A stretch of DNA of 64,000 nt from a virus. Where the stretch lies: positions 1-64,000 of the IMG/VR virus record IMGVR_UViG_3300006931_000001; one strand, given 5' to 3'. Shown here in pieces: positions 1 to 7,292 of the stretch; positions within the stretch are counted from its first letter, which is position 1; each line of letters begins with the position of its first letter. Below the pieces are notes generated by a model. The model made no database searches, had not been told where the DNA came from, and saw only the letters and a program-made list of their open reading frames with translations. The translations under genes and the position numbers were made by a program.

Positions 1-109
1 CGCAGTGGTGAGTTGTGTGTCCCTTCTCTAGTACGCACTGGTCTTTTCGTCCATTGTGCTCCCAGACTTCTTGACAGAGATTAGTTCTCTTAGCTTTATT
101 TATCTGCAT
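1..109 (-). CDS. MxIxKA-leader family small Cys/His protein, partial (runs off window edge)
   Basis: Not in ORF track. Manual translation from ATG at 109: MQINKAKRTNLCQEVWEHNGRKDQCVLEKGHTTHHC...; overlaps the end of 96..353. Confidence 0.75.
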   Translation of the reverse strand, partial: MQINKAKRTNLCQEVWEHNGRKDQCVLEKGHTTHHC

Positions 110-353
110 TTTTCCATATCATATGGAATCCGTCAGTGCAGAGTCCATCATGGTAGAGCGGCTTGACACATCGCTGATTTTCATGCACAGATGTACAGAG
201 TGGATTTAGCCATAATTCTGTTGCACCTTTTTCTGGTAAATTAACCTCATGCATTCCTCTATGATAGAGTGGCTTAGTGCAGAATGTATTAATGAGTCTA
301 GGATGAGGTTTCAGACACAGTAAAATTACACGTCGTGCTTTCCTTATTTCCAT
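96..353 (-). CDS. MxIxKA-leader family protein, two Cys/His modules (second degenerate)
   Basis: MEIRKARRV leader; CTKPLYHRGMH and CVKPLYHDGLC. Confidence 0.8.
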   Translation of the reverse strand: MEIRKARRVILLCLKPHPRLINTFCTKPLYHRGMHEVNLPEKGATELWLNPLCTSVHENQRCVKPLYHDGLCTDGFHMIWKNADK

Positions 354-616
354 GTGTGGATAAATCCTGTTCGATGATCAGATTTGCCTACATGCGCGCC
401 TTCGTGATTTTGAGGTTTGATGCACTCTATCACAGCCATCGTTTCTGTGCATGTCAGTGCTTGGCATAAAGGATTAGCCCAGATATAGACTTGACCAGCT
501 ACGGTAACTTGGTGTGCGTCTCTATGATATAGAGATTTGGTGCAGTACAAATGCTGCATAAGTGGATGTTGCTTTCCACACCCTTGAACTACGCGACGTG
601 CTTTCTTTATTTCCAT
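344..616 (-). CDS. MxIxKA-leader family protein, two Cys/His modules
   Basis: Start moved to MEIKKARRV (ATG 616), overlapping the upstream stop; CTKSLYHRDAH and CIKPQNHEGAH. Confidence 0.8.
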   Translation of the reverse strand: MEIKKARRVVQGCGKQHPLMQHLYCTKSLYHRDAHQVTVAGQVYIWANPLCQALTCTETMAVIECIKPQNHEGAHVGKSDHRTGFIHTWK

Positions 617-762
617 GTGACTGTCTTGGTCTGTCTGATGCGCCAACTGCGTTCCATACCCACGTGAGAGCCGTCATGATTTTCAGGACGGATGCATTTT
701 ATCACACCTCTATATGCTGCCTGGCATTGATTAATTAGGCGTCGTGCTTTTACGATTTTCAC
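607..762 (-). CDS. MxIxKA-leader family protein, 51 aa (below ORF-track cutoff)
   Basis: GTG start; MKIVKARRLINQCQAAYRGVIKCIRPENHDGSHVGMERSWRIRQTKTVTWK; fills the gap between neighbours with overlaps on both sides. Confidence 0.8.
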   Translation of the reverse strand: MKIVKARRLINQCQAAYRGVIKCIRPENHDGSHVGMERSWRIRQTKTVTWK

Positions 763-971
763 TCCTTACTCCAAAAATCATCTCGCCAGTGATGAGATCC
801 GTAATGGCCTCTATGTCGCACACATGGTCCAAATTCTTCGTGAGTAGATGAACACTTATCACGAGTGTATTCTTCTCTCAATGAATTTATAAGTTGTTCG
901 ACATGTGATCTGCTTAATGTGGTTGATATTTTTGTAGCAATAATTACACGACGTGCTTTTACGATTTTCAC
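759..971 (-). CDS. MxIxKA-leader family protein
   Basis: MKIVKARRV leader; C...CVRHRGHYGSH; ends FWSKE. Confidence 0.8.
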   Translation of the reverse strand: MKIVKARRVIIATKISTTLSRSHVEQLINSLREEYTRDKCSSTHEEFGPCVRHRGHYGSHHWRDDFWSKE

Positions 972-1153
972 TTCTTACTCCAAAATTCGTGGAGTCCATC
1001 GTGGTCAGCTGACAGCACGCAACATCCCAGCTCTGCATGAAAAACGAGACACATGGATGCTGATGGTCTGATGCTGTGTTTTATTGCAACACGCACTTGC
1101 TCTACATTTGTTGGTGTCACTGGAATTACTCGATATGCCTTTACGATTTTCAT
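968..1153 (-). CDS. MxIxKA-leader family protein
   Basis: MKIVKAYRV leader; C...CVLSADHDGLH; ends FWSKK. Confidence 0.8.
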   Translation of the reverse strand: MKIVKAYRVIPVTPTNVEQVRVAIKHSIRPSASMCLVFHAELGCCVLSADHDGLHEFWSKK

Positions 1154-1422
1154 TATTCCTCACTGGCTTGATAGCCTGGTACAAATATGTCATGTCCATC
1201 TAGCCACTGGACAATTCTGTCAGTACCATCTACATGCCAAGCGACGTGATATCCTGCGTGATTAGCGCTGCGTGTGCAATACACTCCTTGCTCCGGGTGT
1301 GTCTCTGGACAGCCGCTAGGTCCGTATATTCTATCTGATTGGTGTAATTTTTGTAAAACTGATGTCGCAAATTGTAAAACTGATGTCGCAAATGTGACTT
1401 TTCGTGCTTTCTTGATTTGCAT
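1153..1422 (-). CDS. MxIxKA-leader family protein
   Basis: MQIKKARKV leader; C...CTRSANHAGYH. Confidence 0.8.
   Translation of the reverse strand: MQIKKARKVTFATSVLQFATSVLQKLHQSDRIYGPSGCPETHPEQGVYCTRSANHAGYHVAWHVDGTDRIVQWLDGHDIFVPGYQASEE
1351..1392. repeat. 21-bp perfect tandem duplication (FATSVLQ x2)
   Basis: ttgtaaaactgatgtcgcaaa twice, in frame, just after the leader. Confidence 0.9.
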
Positions 1423-1506
1423 GGAAGCTCCACCTGGAACGTGGTCTCAGACACACGCCAGGAAATCATAGGCTCGCTTCTGCGCGCGTTTTGAGGCTCG
1501 ACCGTG

Positions 1507-2112
1507 TCAGAGTGCCGCGTACGCCTGTGCAATCACCTCAGCGCGCGAGAGCTCGCACGTACATTTTGTGCACCGCAGTTTCATGCGAGTAGTCGCAGGA
1601 TGCACTTGTACAGCGTGACCACAAGAAATGCAGAGAAATCCTAATTCCAGAGTTTTCTCATTTGCTGGATTTCTGCGTATCGCATTTAATACTTTTGCAT
1701 TGTAGTTATTATATTGCTGAACAGCATTAATTTTGTACTTTATATGCTCTGGACCGGAATCTAGAACAAGGTGCAGTAATTGGCTCTGAAGCAACGTGCA
1801 AAATCCATGTTCCTCAGGCAGTGTAGAGGAACAGCCTACGCACGCTACGTCATACGGATGCATTAGAGCATATTCATCATTGGTGTGTGCACCTAATATA
1901 TGGCCACAGTGCTCACACTCCAAATTCTTTATGACCTTGGAATCTGTGTGTAGGAGCTCATGCTCGCTAGATAGATAATCGTGTATATTGGCTCTGCGTT
2001 CATATATTGATCTCAGCATAAGAGCATTGCTCTTGCGTAGTTCTATTAGTGCAGAGCCATGCACACGGGACACTAGCTTACGTGGTACGCGTCTCGCCTT
2101 GCGTATTTCCAT
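1507..2112 (-). CDS. MxIxKA-leader family protein with two CxxCGH...H...CxxC Zn-binding motifs
   Basis: Start moved to MEIRKARRV (ATG 2112); CEHCGHILGAH/CVGC and CISCGHAVQVH/CTKC. Confidence 0.75.
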   Translation of the reverse strand: MEIRKARRVPRKLVSRVHGSALIELRKSNALMLRSIYERRANIHDYLSSEHELLHTDSKVIKNLECEHCGHILGAHTNDEYALMHPYDVACVGCSSTLPEEHGFCTLLQSQLLHLVLDSGPEHIKYKINAVQQYNNYNAKVLNAIRRNPANEKTLELGFLCISCGHAVQVHPATTRMKLRCTKCTCELSRAEVIAQAYAAL

Positions 2113-2242
2113 ATGAGTTCTCTGTGCATCGTTGACAACTATCATGTGGGCATATGCCACGCATGAGCATCGGGTGCTTTATCGCATATGTGAGTCATCA
2201 CTCTATACTGCGCGGGACCATTCCGGGTGGTGCTACTTCCTC

Positions 2243-2330
2243 CATTACCTGAGGGTAGATTTTTTATTACTCATTAACTGAGGGTTATTTTTTTTATTTT
2301 TATCCATTACCTAGGGTTGATTTTTATTTT
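2243..2330. promoter_or_regulatory. Three imperfect direct repeats CATTA(C/A)CT(G)AGGGT, each followed by a T-tract
   Basis: Copies start at 2243, 2272 and 2305 in the non-coding gap upstream of the leader array. Confidence 0.5.
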
Positions 2331-2351
2331 GTATACCCAGACTTCTTTTTT

Positions 2352-2717
2352 TTATTTTTTGTCGCTGAGGACCTGCACATCATTAGGAAGATATTTGGCG
2401 ACTACCCAATTGGTGACAATCGACTTGGCTTGCTCCAAATTGAAGCTATCCACGTCACATGTCAGTGGCTGCGCACCTTCCAGAGCGCGCAACACAACGA
2501 TGCCGAATGAATTGATGTAGAGAAGGCCGCTAGCCAATTCAAAGAATCCAAAGCCCAGCATATCCATGTGTGCCTTGAGCTGGACAATGAACTCCGCTCG
2601 AATCTCCGTGCGCTGCGCGATGGACATCAGGCGCATGCAGGAAATCCGTGCGCGTGTGACCTTGCTTTCAATCACGAGAGCGGCAAGTACATAAGCAGTG
2701 TCTTCAGGTGAACGCAT
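2352..2717 (-). CDS. hypothetical protein
   Basis: 121-aa ORF in a co-directional run; AAGGA upstream. Confidence 0.6.
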   Translation of the reverse strand: MRSPEDTAYVLAALVIESKVTRARISCMRLMSIAQRTEIRAEFIVQLKAHMDMLGFGFFELASGLLYINSFGIVVLRALEGAQPLTCDVDSFNLEQAKSIVTNWVVAKYLPNDVQVLSDKK

Positions 2718-2728
2718 GGGAATATCCT

Positions 2729-2899
2729 TTAGCGGAATTGTGAAAAGAGTTGTTTCAGAGTGGCGACAGCTCTTGCTTCGAAATCATCAGCGGATTCGTC
2801 TTCTTGTTGAAATAACTCCGATACTCGTGATTTGTGGACGGCTGATGTGCCAGCGCGGAATCCAGATACTTCCAATTTGACATGCAGCGGCTTGGTCAT
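2729..2899 (-). CDS. hypothetical protein, 56 aa
   Basis: Manual translation MTKPLHVKLEVSGFRAG...QLFSQFR; starts directly after the upstream stop. Confidence 0.55.
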   Translation of the reverse strand: MTKPLHVKLEVSGFRAGTSAVHKSRVSELFQQEDESADDFEARAVATLKQLFSQFR

Positions 2900-3121
2900 T
2901 TAATAGCTTCCTCTCTGTCCTACATATCCTCTTTTGAGTGCTTGCACGTACTCAATAGCGGCTAGCGCTTGTAGATCACTCATCTGGAATTCTCTACGCA
3001 AGAGCATGTAAGCTTCATTCTCTTTATAATCCTCCAAAGCCATCTTTGCGAGGTCAATCATGTCTGTAGATAGATTTATCAGATGCTTGTTGTCAACTAG
3101 CCATTGTTTTGTTGATGTCAC
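2900..3121 (-). CDS. hypothetical protein
   Basis: 73-aa ORF, GGAG upstream of GTG. Confidence 0.6.
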   Translation of the reverse strand: MTSTKQWLVDNKHLINLSTDMIDLAKMALEDYKENEAYMLLRREFQMSDLQALAAIEYVQALKRGYVGQRGSY

Positions 3122-3156
3122 TGCATATCTCCGGAAATTTGTAACGAGAATACTCG

Positions 3157-3297
3157 TTATCGGTTAGTAACTATGATGCCTAAGATATCTCCAGCATCGT
3201 GTGCTTGTATCCAAAGGTCCGTGGGCAATTCCCAATAAGCATTATAGAGAATGGTTGCAATGAAAATTGTGAAAACATTTAATTTTTCATTTGTCAC
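3157..3297 (-). CDS. hypothetical small hydrophobic protein, 46 aa
   Basis: Manual translation MTNEKLNVFTIFIATILYNAYWELP...; lies between two 33-bp direct repeats. Confidence 0.45.
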   Translation of the reverse strand: MTNEKLNVFTIFIATILYNAYWELPTDLWIQAHDAGDILGIIVTNR

Positions 3298-3658
3298 TGA
3301 TTATCTCCGGAAATTCGTAACGAGTCCACCACTGATGCTCGTCATAGAATTTTAATACTGCACGTGCTGTCGCGTATTTGGAGAACGTTTGATGTATCTT
3401 TGGAGTCACTCTGTCGTGCAGATACACACGAATGATTACAGGTATCAGATTTAATTCTGATGCAGCAGTGATGCGGTGTGAGCCTTCAAGTGCGTACCAA
3501 GCACTTTCTTGCTTTCTCCAATATGCGTGGATTTGAGGAGTGCCACGCTCACGCATCTCCTTGATTATCGCTTTGAGGTATGAAGGATTTGGTTTGTGCG
3601 GAGCGAAGATAATCATACTCGCTCGTGAGTATTCTTCCAAGGATCGTGTGACGGCCAC
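3287..3658 (-). CDS. Stand-alone ParB/Srx-like N-terminal domain protein
   Basis: YALEGSHRITAASELN resembles the ParB/Srx G-x-H-R motif. Confidence 0.6.
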   Translation of the reverse strand: MAVTRSLEEYSRASMIIFAPHKPNPSYLKAIIKEMRERGTPQIHAYWRKQESAWYALEGSHRITAASELNLIPVIIRVYLHDRVTPKIHQTFSKYATARAVLKFYDEHQWWTRYEFPEIISDK

Positions 3659-4053
3659 TCTGTAGGCAGTCTGTATTTTTTCAGAAGCTCTTCACACTGC
3701 TTACTGAAAACTCCATCTCGCTCATATTCGATTGGAACGGAGCCGATGGTCTTTCGCTCTTCCACTGGTGTGAGCATGAGCAGTAAATCCATGGCTCGTG
3801 TTGCCAGCTGTTTTCTACGGTGGTCCGGATGGATGAACACGCCTACGCCGTAGCGCACGTAGCCGCGACACATACAGGCCCATCCCACGATTGTTTTGTG
3901 GTGGTAGACCGCCACGACTCGAAGCCTCTGAGGCTCGCGTAGCCAATGCCAGAACTCCGAGAATCCAACTGGATTGGTCAGAGGTCGCAATTGTTTCGCG
4001 CGATATCTGGTGACTTTGGTGAAATGTCGGAAGCTATACTCATCAGTACGCAT
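3613..4053 (-). CDS. GNAT family acetyltransferase
   Basis: VFIHPDHRRKQLATRAM resembles GNAT motif A. Confidence 0.7.
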   Translation of the reverse strand: MRTDEYSFRHFTKVTRYRAKQLRPLTNPVGFSEFWHWLREPQRLRVVAVYHHKTIVGWACMCRGYVRYGVGVFIHPDHRRKQLATRAMDLLLMLTPVEERKTIGSVPIEYERDGVFSKQCEELLKKYRLPTEWPSHDPWKNTHERV

Positions 4054-4056
4054 GCT

Positions 4057-4215
4057 TTATTCCTTGACTATCAAAACAGTGCGTTGATAAATTTCGCCAT
4101 ACTTGAAACGGATGGCGATTTCGTTGCCCTGAATTACGATGTCATGGATCAAGCCATCACGTCTTAGGATTGCGGCAAGGAGTGCTAACTCCTTGCTTAT
4201 TACTGGAGTGGTCAT
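4057..4215 (-). CDS. hypothetical protein, 52 aa
   Basis: Manual translation MTTPVISKELALLAAILRRDG...; ATGA overlap with upstream gene. Confidence 0.5.
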   Translation of the reverse strand: MTTPVISKELALLAAILRRDGLIHDIVIQGNEIAIRFKYGEIYQRTVLIVKE

Positions 4216-4460
4216 CCTATCCTTAAATCATCAACCATTTGTTGTAGTATCGCTGAAAGCCTAATTCGAGCTTCTTTGTGGATGCCATAATTGAGCGATA
4301 TCAGCTGTATCGCTTCTGCCAATGCATCGGCACGTGCATATCGAATAGCACGCGCTGTGGTTTCTTGCGCGATGAGACTCATGGCTTGGCTCTCACTAAG
4401 TCCTGTGACATTCAGATTGAGAGCGGCGGCTATTATCTTTATGCTTGATTTGTTCGTCAT
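4212..4460 (-). CDS. hypothetical protein
   Basis: Start moved to MTNKSS (ATGA overlap with 4457..4654). Confidence 0.55.
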   Translation of the reverse strand: MTNKSSIKIIAAALNLNVTGLSESQAMSLIAQETTARAIRYARADALAEAIQLISLNYGIHKEARIRLSAILQQMVDDLRIG

Positions 4461-4654
4461 GGTAGATGTTTTGGTGGCTGATAACTGATGAGTTCTTTTA
4501 GTGCCTCTTGTGCTGTTTGTGCTCCACATGAACAATCATCGCCACCATGATATCGTCTACATGCATATTCGTGATGAAATTCGATCGCTCCTTTGAGGTA
4601 TGATTTTTGTAATAAGAGAATTAATTCGGAACGTTTACGTTTCTTGGTTACCAT
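4457..4654 (-). CDS. hypothetical protein with H..C...CSCG metal-binding motif
   Basis: HHEYAC...CSCG; coupled to neighbours. Confidence 0.55.
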   Translation of the reverse strand: MVTKKRKRSELILLLQKSYLKGAIEFHHEYACRRYHGGDDCSCGAQTAQEALKELISYQPPKHLP

Positions 4655-4660
4655 AACAAA

Positions 4661-4888
4661 CTACTCCAAGGTGTCATGCCACCAATGTGTTGTGTTCCAG
4701 TGAACGTGACCACACACGCTGGTATGCGTATCGCGGTGGTCTTTCTTCAGACCACACACGTACGTGCCATGAATGAAATCCTTTGGAGTTCTCGTGGTGA
4801 TGGTATGCCCACAAATTCTTGTGGACGCTCCGCTGAGTATGTCGTGTGCTTGTTTATAGATTCTGTACAGCTTCCTGAATTTCCTCAT
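4661..4888 (-). CDS. Cys/His-module protein without the MxIxKA leader
   Basis: C...CGLKKDHRDTH...W, same module as the array. Confidence 0.6.
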   Translation of the reverse strand: MRKFRKLYRIYKQAHDILSGASTRICGHTITTRTPKDFIHGTYVCGLKKDHRDTHTSVCGHVHWNTTHWWHDTLE

Positions 4889-5112
4889 CTGTAGGGTTCA
4901 GACTGATCAGCGATCACAGTCAGCTGATTGTGTACTTTGTGGTGTAAAGTACCATCAGCTGCAAGAACAAGGACCTGCCAGCCTTCACCTCCGAATTCTC
5001 TTCTGTCGTATTGGCAAGCCATAACCTCGCATGGTTCTTCTGTCGTAACGCTGTTGCGTTGAATACGCACCATTACCATGCGTCCAATCAACCCAGAATT
5101 TGGTCTGGTCAT
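4885..5112 (-). CDS. hypothetical protein
   Basis: ATGA-coupled ORF. Confidence 0.55.
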   Translation of the reverse strand: MTRPNSGLIGRMVMVRIQRNSVTTEEPCEVMACQYDRREFGGEGWQVLVLAADGTLHHKVHNQLTVIADQSEPYR

Positions 5113-5357
5113 TTCTTTCCTGTCGTCATGTGCTCATGACGTTGATATCGTGTGGTACGCATGCGCAGGTCTGTGACGTATTTGTGTTTCGTGTACCACT
5201 CGATTTCCTTGAGTGCACGAGCTCGGTCATCGAAGCACGCGTTGAATCGCCAATCGATCAACGGTTCGTTTTCACGATCATTCCATTCGCCGATCCAAAC
5301 CTCATACCTAATCACTGTTCGATCTCCTTTGCATGCCGCTTGGCTTGCTGTGTACAC
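5109..5357 (-). CDS. hypothetical protein
   Basis: Coupled ORF; start uncertain. Confidence 0.5.
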   Translation of the reverse strand: MYTASQAACKGDRTVIRYEVWIGEWNDRENEPLIDWRFNACFDDRARALKEIEWYTKHKYVTDLRMRTTRYQRHEHMTTGKK

Positions 5358-5590
5358 GTTGTGAGCGCAGTACGTTCACCAGCTGGTGTCATGGTGCGTA
5401 TCCACTTGCCAACACACCGTGAGCTGCACGAACACTCCCATCTGATTCGTTTGGTGCTCGTGCCTAGAATTGTTTCGATGTTGATGATCGTCAGATACTG
5501 ACTATGCACATCAACAAATTGCACTACCTGAATATTCGTCCATCGCTCCATTTTGTTGCTACTGTACGGCTTTGAGCAAATCGGTGACAC
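5312..5590 (-). CDS. hypothetical protein with CSC motif
   Basis: WECSCSSRC; start uncertain. Confidence 0.5.
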   Translation of the reverse strand: MSPICSKPYSSNKMERWTNIQVVQFVDVHSQYLTIINIETILGTSTKRIRWECSCSSRCVGKWIRTMTPAGERTALTTCTQQAKRHAKEIEQ

Positions 5591-5819
5591 AATACGCCCA
5601 CGTTTTCATGAGCGTGCGTTCATGAATCAGCCTTTGGAAGTCTTCATCAGTCAGCGTGGCGAGTCGACCGATGGAGGAGGAGCTGTAGGTAACAGCATAG
5701 CCACCGTCGCTCGGTAGCTTGCCGCAAATCTGCTCCACGAGATCGCTCGTGCTGGTGTTTGAATCCGTGGTGCAAGAGCAGAACACGACGAGCGTGATGA
5801 TCAGAATCAATTTCGACAT
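5559..5819 (-). CDS. putative lipoprotein
   Basis: MSKLILIITLVVFCSC: hydrophobic signal ending in Cys. Confidence 0.55.
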   Translation of the reverse strand: MSKLILIITLVVFCSCTTDSNTSTSDLVEQICGKLPSDGGYAVTYSSSSIGRLATLTDEDFQRLIHERTLMKTWAYCVTDLLKAVQ

Positions 5820-5821
5820 GA

Positions 5822-6196
5822 TTATTTCCTTGACTTGATGAACGTTACAGGAACCATGATGACCGAGCGTTGCAGACGTGAATCGTTTGTGAGATTCGGT
5901 CGAGCAATAACACGCTGACTGAGTGGACGTGTGAAGCGTTCGGTTTTTTCACCGAATGGATCGTCATCCTCTTCCAGCTCGTACAGCTTAGGAAGAATTG
6001 GTGTGATTTCTAGCGATGCATATGGTGAGGTGTCGCACTCCAAGGGCACATCCGCGATGACCGTGTCTTCCCAATCATCGTAAATGAACGTATTTGGAAC
6101 GAGAACAGCTACAGGCATAGTCAAGGATACTTTGTCACCTTGAAGCTGTCGCATGACTGCTGTGGTCAGATATACATCATCATCTAGATCGATCAT
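5822..6196 (-). CDS. hypothetical acidic protein
   Basis: Start moved to MIDLDDD, just after the stop of 6201..6515. Confidence 0.55.
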   Translation of the reverse strand: MIDLDDDVYLTTAVMRQLQGDKVSLTMPVAVLVPNTFIYDDWEDTVIADVPLECDTSPYASLEITPILPKLYELEEDDDPFGEKTERFTRPLSQRVIARPNLTNDSRLQRSVIMVPVTFIKSRK

Positions 6197-6200
6197 GTTG

Positions 6201-6515
6201 TCACTTCCAAGAAAGAGTAATCTTCGTACCGTGAAATGCTGTTGGCGTGGTGGCAGATGGAGCGTGGTACGTAATCCAAAGCTCTTTGGGCTTGAATTTC
6301 TTTTTGATCTCTTTGAGAGTTGTGTATGCAACAAGTGTTTCATCTGCAATCAGCAGATTGATGGTACCTGTCGTTGGATGTACTTCGATGATGAATTTGT
6401 GAAGCTTGCTTGCTTCGAGCATCGCTAGTGCAGCGATAATATCGGCATCGCTGTATATTGACTTCCAAGATTTAACATTGCCAAAAAATAAATAGGTGCG
6501 AAGTTCCGTTGTCAT
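6201..6515 (-). CDS. hypothetical protein
   Basis: 104-aa ORF, GAAGAG upstream. Confidence 0.6.
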   Translation of the reverse strand: MTTELRTYLFFGNVKSWKSIYSDADIIAALAMLEASKLHKFIIEVHPTTGTINLLIADETLVAYTTLKEIKKKFKPKELWITYHAPSATTPTAFHGTKITLSWK

Positions 6516-6713
6516 TTACTCTTCCTCTGTGTTGTCGAAGCCATCGCAATATACGAGATATGCTTGTTCGATGTCCGCGTTGTCCCAATGATCAGGACGC
6601 TCACCTTTAAATTCGATACCACGTACTCGAGTATTACGAAAGCATGATGGCCTACCTCTGCGTGCATCATCGATACCACGCTGGCGCCAATAATTGAGAA
6701 GATAATCTGGCAT
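6516..6713 (-). CDS. hypothetical protein
   Basis: Tiles between neighbours; preferred over the alternative frame 6512..6718. Confidence 0.5.
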   Translation of the reverse strand: MPDYLLNYWRQRGIDDARRGRPSCFRNTRVRGIEFKGERPDHWDNADIEQAYLVYCDGFDNTEEE

Positions 6714-6714
6714 G

Positions 6715-7017
6715 TCATTTTCTCCGTGTCCTGAATTTACCTGTCTCGGGGTTTTTCACATCTTCTGCAAAGTAGAGATCAATGAAAGGCGCCTCGGGCC
6801 ATTTCTTGTGCGCTACCTTTCTTGCGAGCTTTGCGTTCTTAGCTTTTACGCTGCCAAGTAATGTGAACACTTCGCTGTATTTTGGTACCTTACCGATATG
6901 TGTTGGTAGACCAGATGCAGGATCCTTGATCTTAATCTTCTCACCTGCGTTGTGATTCTTCTTTTTGATCTTCGTGTATGCGAAGAACTTCATAGAAGGT
7001 GCGCGATCTGAAAGCAC
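6715..7017 (-). CDS. basic hypothetical protein
   Basis: Lys-rich ORF; likely start MKFFAY. Confidence 0.55.
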   Translation of the reverse strand: MLSDRAPSMKFFAYTKIKKKNHNAGEKIKIKDPASGLPTHIGKVPKYSEVFTLLGSVKAKNAKLARKVAHKKWPEAPFIDLYFAEDVKNPETGKFRTRRK

Positions 7018-7214
7018 GTACGAATACTATCAGTCTTGCACTCAGTGCACTGCTGTGTGTGTATATCGTCTACGACATAATGACAATTGATGCACATGCC
7101 AGGGGTTGCATCATCATTTGCAGCTGCATCTAGCATTTCAGTTGGTGAGTCATAACCAATTGCGTCTGCAAGAATTTCCAGCAAATCATCGTGACCAAAT
7201 TTCGTCTTATTCAT
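6990..7214 (-). CDS. Zn-ribbon protein
   Basis: CINC...CTEC; AAGGAG RBS. Confidence 0.65.
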   Translation of the reverse strand: MNKTKFGHDDLLEILADAIGYDSPTEMLDAAANDDATPGMCINCHYVVDDIHTQQCTECKTDSIRTCFQIAHLL

Positions 7215-7292
7215 ATCTAGCTCCTTTGGTTATGGTTAATCAACACCATACAAACCAGAAAGAAACACATTTCTGATCTGAGTTGCTGTTGA

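Noticed and set aside
1230-1532. 100-aa minus-strand ORF
   Set aside because: Overlaps two leader-family genes out of frame; likely a shadow ORF
1-2112. Diversity-generating retroelement or integron behind the array
   Set aside because: No reverse transcriptase or integrase in the window; no template/variable repeat pair differing only at adenines; no attC-like hairpins noticed
1-2112. RiPP precursor cluster
   Set aside because: No adjacent maturase or transporter, and cargoes look like folded Zn modules of 50-200 aa; kept only as a minor alternative
2243-2330. CRISPR mini-array
   Set aside because: Repeats are only 13-14 nt with low-complexity T-rich spacers; no cas genes seen
4175-4196. 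9-bp hairpin as terminator
   Set aside because: Lies inside a probable minus-strand ORF with no U-tract on the coding strand
6516-6713. Ribosome modulation factor-like protein
   Set aside because: Only a loose G..D...G / Y..GF resemblance; not enough to call
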